Source of the DNA: an uncultured Clostridia bacterium
GTDB lineage: Bacteria > Bacillota > Clostridia > Christensenellales > Borkfalkiaceae
Reading direction: 5' to 3'
DNA: 64,000 nt
Assembly (NCBI GenBank): GCA_949282385.1
Contig: CASDOP010000004.1
Span: 47,744-111,743, forward strand
Shown: piece by piece, positions 62,609 to 64,000 of the stretch
How the letters are laid out: each line of letters begins with the position of its first letter
Position numbering within the stretch: position 1 is the first letter of the stretch
Made by a program: the position numbers and the translations under genes
The notes under the pieces: generated by a model
Told to the model about the DNA's origin: nothing
What the model saw: the letters and a program-made list of their open reading frames with translations, nothing else
The model's database searches: none

Positions 62609-63982
62609 TTAAATGACTCTTTCGTTGTCGTCGCCCGAATAGGGAGCTTCGCCTTCGGGAAGAGTTTCCGAAAGGTTATCCGCAGCGCCCGAAGCGGCAA
62701 CGGGAAGTTTCTTTTCCTTGCTGTAAAGCACCTTTAAAAGTATAGGCGTGAGGATGGAAGATGCGAGAATTAAAAGCACCGTCATGAGAACGAATTCGCT
62801 GCCGAGAGCGTGTTCTCCGAGAGTTGCGCTCGTTACCGTCTGGGTAACGATGAGTGCGACTTCGCCGCGCGCCATCATGCCTACGCCGCCTATCGCGCTC
62901 TCCCTCCAGGAATAGCCGAAAGCCTTGCAGACCGCGCCGCAACCGATAACTTTTCCTATAAGTCCTGCTATTACCGCGAGTACGCAGAACAGGAACACGG
63001 CGGGCTGAAGTCCCGCAAAGGTAATGGACGAAATGCCGATATTTGCGAAGAATACGGGTGCAAACATGGTATATGTGTTGACCTCTATCTTCTTATCGGT
63101 ATATTCGCTCGCTCTGTGAACGGTGGAAAGAACGACGCCCGCGAGGAATGCGCCCGTTATGTCGGCTACGCCGAAAATTTCTTCTGCCGCCCAACTGTAA
63201 ACAAAGCATACGACGAGCGAGAACACGGGTATGCGGTGCGTGTGCGACCACTTGGAATCCAGCCACTTGAACAGCTTGGAAACGCCGAAGCCTGCAGCTA
63301 TCGCAACTATGAAGAATACGACAATCATAATAATCGTGCCGTAAATGGTAGCTTTGAATGCCGTGAAGCCGTCGGCGGCGGGTTCGGCGCTGCCCGAACG
63401 CGCAATGCCCGTTACTATCGAGAGAAGGACAATGCCGATTACGTCGTCGATGATAGCTGCGGAAACTATTGTCGTGCCGAGTTTGGTGTTGATTTTGCCC
63501 AGCTCTTTAAGCACGGAAACGGTTATGGCAACCGAAGTCGCCGTGAGAATTGTGCCGATGAAGATACTCTGATAGATGTGGTCCACGCCCAGTCCGATAT
63601 TGCCGAAGCACAGGGAAATGAGGAAGCCGAGAGCCATGGGAACGGCTACGCCCGAGCAAGCGACGAGCGTGCTGGCAAGTCCCGTCTTTTTGAGGTCTTC
63701 GAGGTTGGTTTCGAGACCTGCGCTGAACATAAGCAGCAGAACGCCGATTTTGGAGAAGAGCGAAAGCCCGTCCTCGTTGCCGGCAATAGAGAAGAGCGCA
63801 TAATAATCCGCGCCCTCGAAGCCGATTATTGCAAAGCCGCAGAACTCGCCGAAGATGGCGGGACCCAAAAGAATGCCGGCGATTATGTAGCCGAGTACTT
63901 CGGGAAGTCCGAATTTTCTGAATACAAGTCCCAGAACTTTGGTGCAGAGCAGAATGACGGCAAGCACCATAGCGAAGGACAA
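62609..63982 (-). CDS. cation:proton antiporter (CPA2 / Kef-NapA type)
   Basis: 457 aa, polytopic. LPEVLGYIIAGILLGP and AIIDDVIGIVLL are typical Na+/H+-exchanger family blocks. Confidence 0.85.
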   Translation of the reverse strand: MSFAMVLAVILLCTKVLGLVFRKFGLPEVLGYIIAGILLGPAIFGEFCGFAIIGFEGADYYALFSIAGNEDGLSLFSKIGVLLLMFSAGLETNLEDLKKTGLASTLVACSGVAVPMALGFLISLCFGNIGLGVDHIYQSIFIGTILTATSVAITVSVLKELGKINTKLGTTIVSAAIIDDVIGIVLLSIVTGIARSGSAEPAADGFTAFKATIYGTIIMIVVFFIVAIAAGFGVSKLFKWLDSKWSHTHRIPVFSLVVCFVYSWAAEEIFGVADITGAFLAGVVLSTVHRASEYTDKKIEVNTYTMFAPVFFANIGISSITFAGLQPAVFLFCVLAVIAGLIGKVIGCGAVCKAFGYSWRESAIGGVGMMARGEVALIVTQTVTSATLGEHALGSEFVLMTVLLILASSILTPILLKVLYSKEKKLPVAASGAADNLSETLPEGEAPYSGDDNERVI

Positions 63983-64000
63983 AGCATTGTCAACTATGAC

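Noticed and set aside
1-64000. Mobile elements, prophage, defence islands, toxin-antitoxin pairs, tRNA/rRNA/tmRNA/SRP RNA genes.
   Set aside because: I read all gaps longer than 100 bp on both strands. I recognised no integrase, transposase or recombinase motif, no cloverleaf-like tRNA sequence (no GTTCGAATC-type T-arm), and no rRNA-like conserved stretch. The short repeats reported above are the only repeat structures seen.

Overview
Mostly housekeeping 64-kb chromosomal segment from a spore-forming Firmicute. It looks Clostridia-like: it has SpoIVA and the ylxM-ffh-rpsP-KH-rimM-trmD and dprA-topA-trmFO-hslU gene orders. I call 52 protein genes, 47 on the minus strand. I saw no rRNA, tRNA, CRISPR array, transposase, integrase or recognisable defence gene. 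Positions 1.9-15.9 kb form a nitrogen-assimilation supercluster of three co-directional transcription units: (i) type III glutamine synthetase plus an Amt::PII fusion; (ii) a RimK-type ligase plus a ClC antiporter; (iii) a split, archaeal-style glutamate synthase operon with a full purA embedded in it. Units (i) and (iii) have near-copy TTGACT-N17-TATAAT promoters. Each is preceded by the palindrome (A)TATAAGC-N3-GCTTATA(T), which matches no operator I know. The distances from palindrome to -35 differ by 21 bp. This is my best candidate for something undescribed. Other points worth a second look:
- a coupled rnj-trmR-trhP-ASCH-aroA gene string;
- a 783-aa acidic protein with about 18 D-Y-D-A-L-A-x-K-V-x-E-K-type repeats and an unassigned basic C-terminal domain;
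- a two-gene surface module (beta-helix/GLUG-like protein plus lipoprotein) that is more AT-rich by eye;
- tandem intergenic repeats (125 bp x2 at 42.8-43.0 kb with 11-bp phased direct repeats; 70 bp x3 at 45.5-45.7 kb);
- hslU without hslV;
- two promoters placed so close to the ATG that the mRNAs would be leaderless.
All functional calls come from motif recognition by eye. No database search, HMM or folding program was available, so coordinates of starts, promoters and hairpins are hand-derived.
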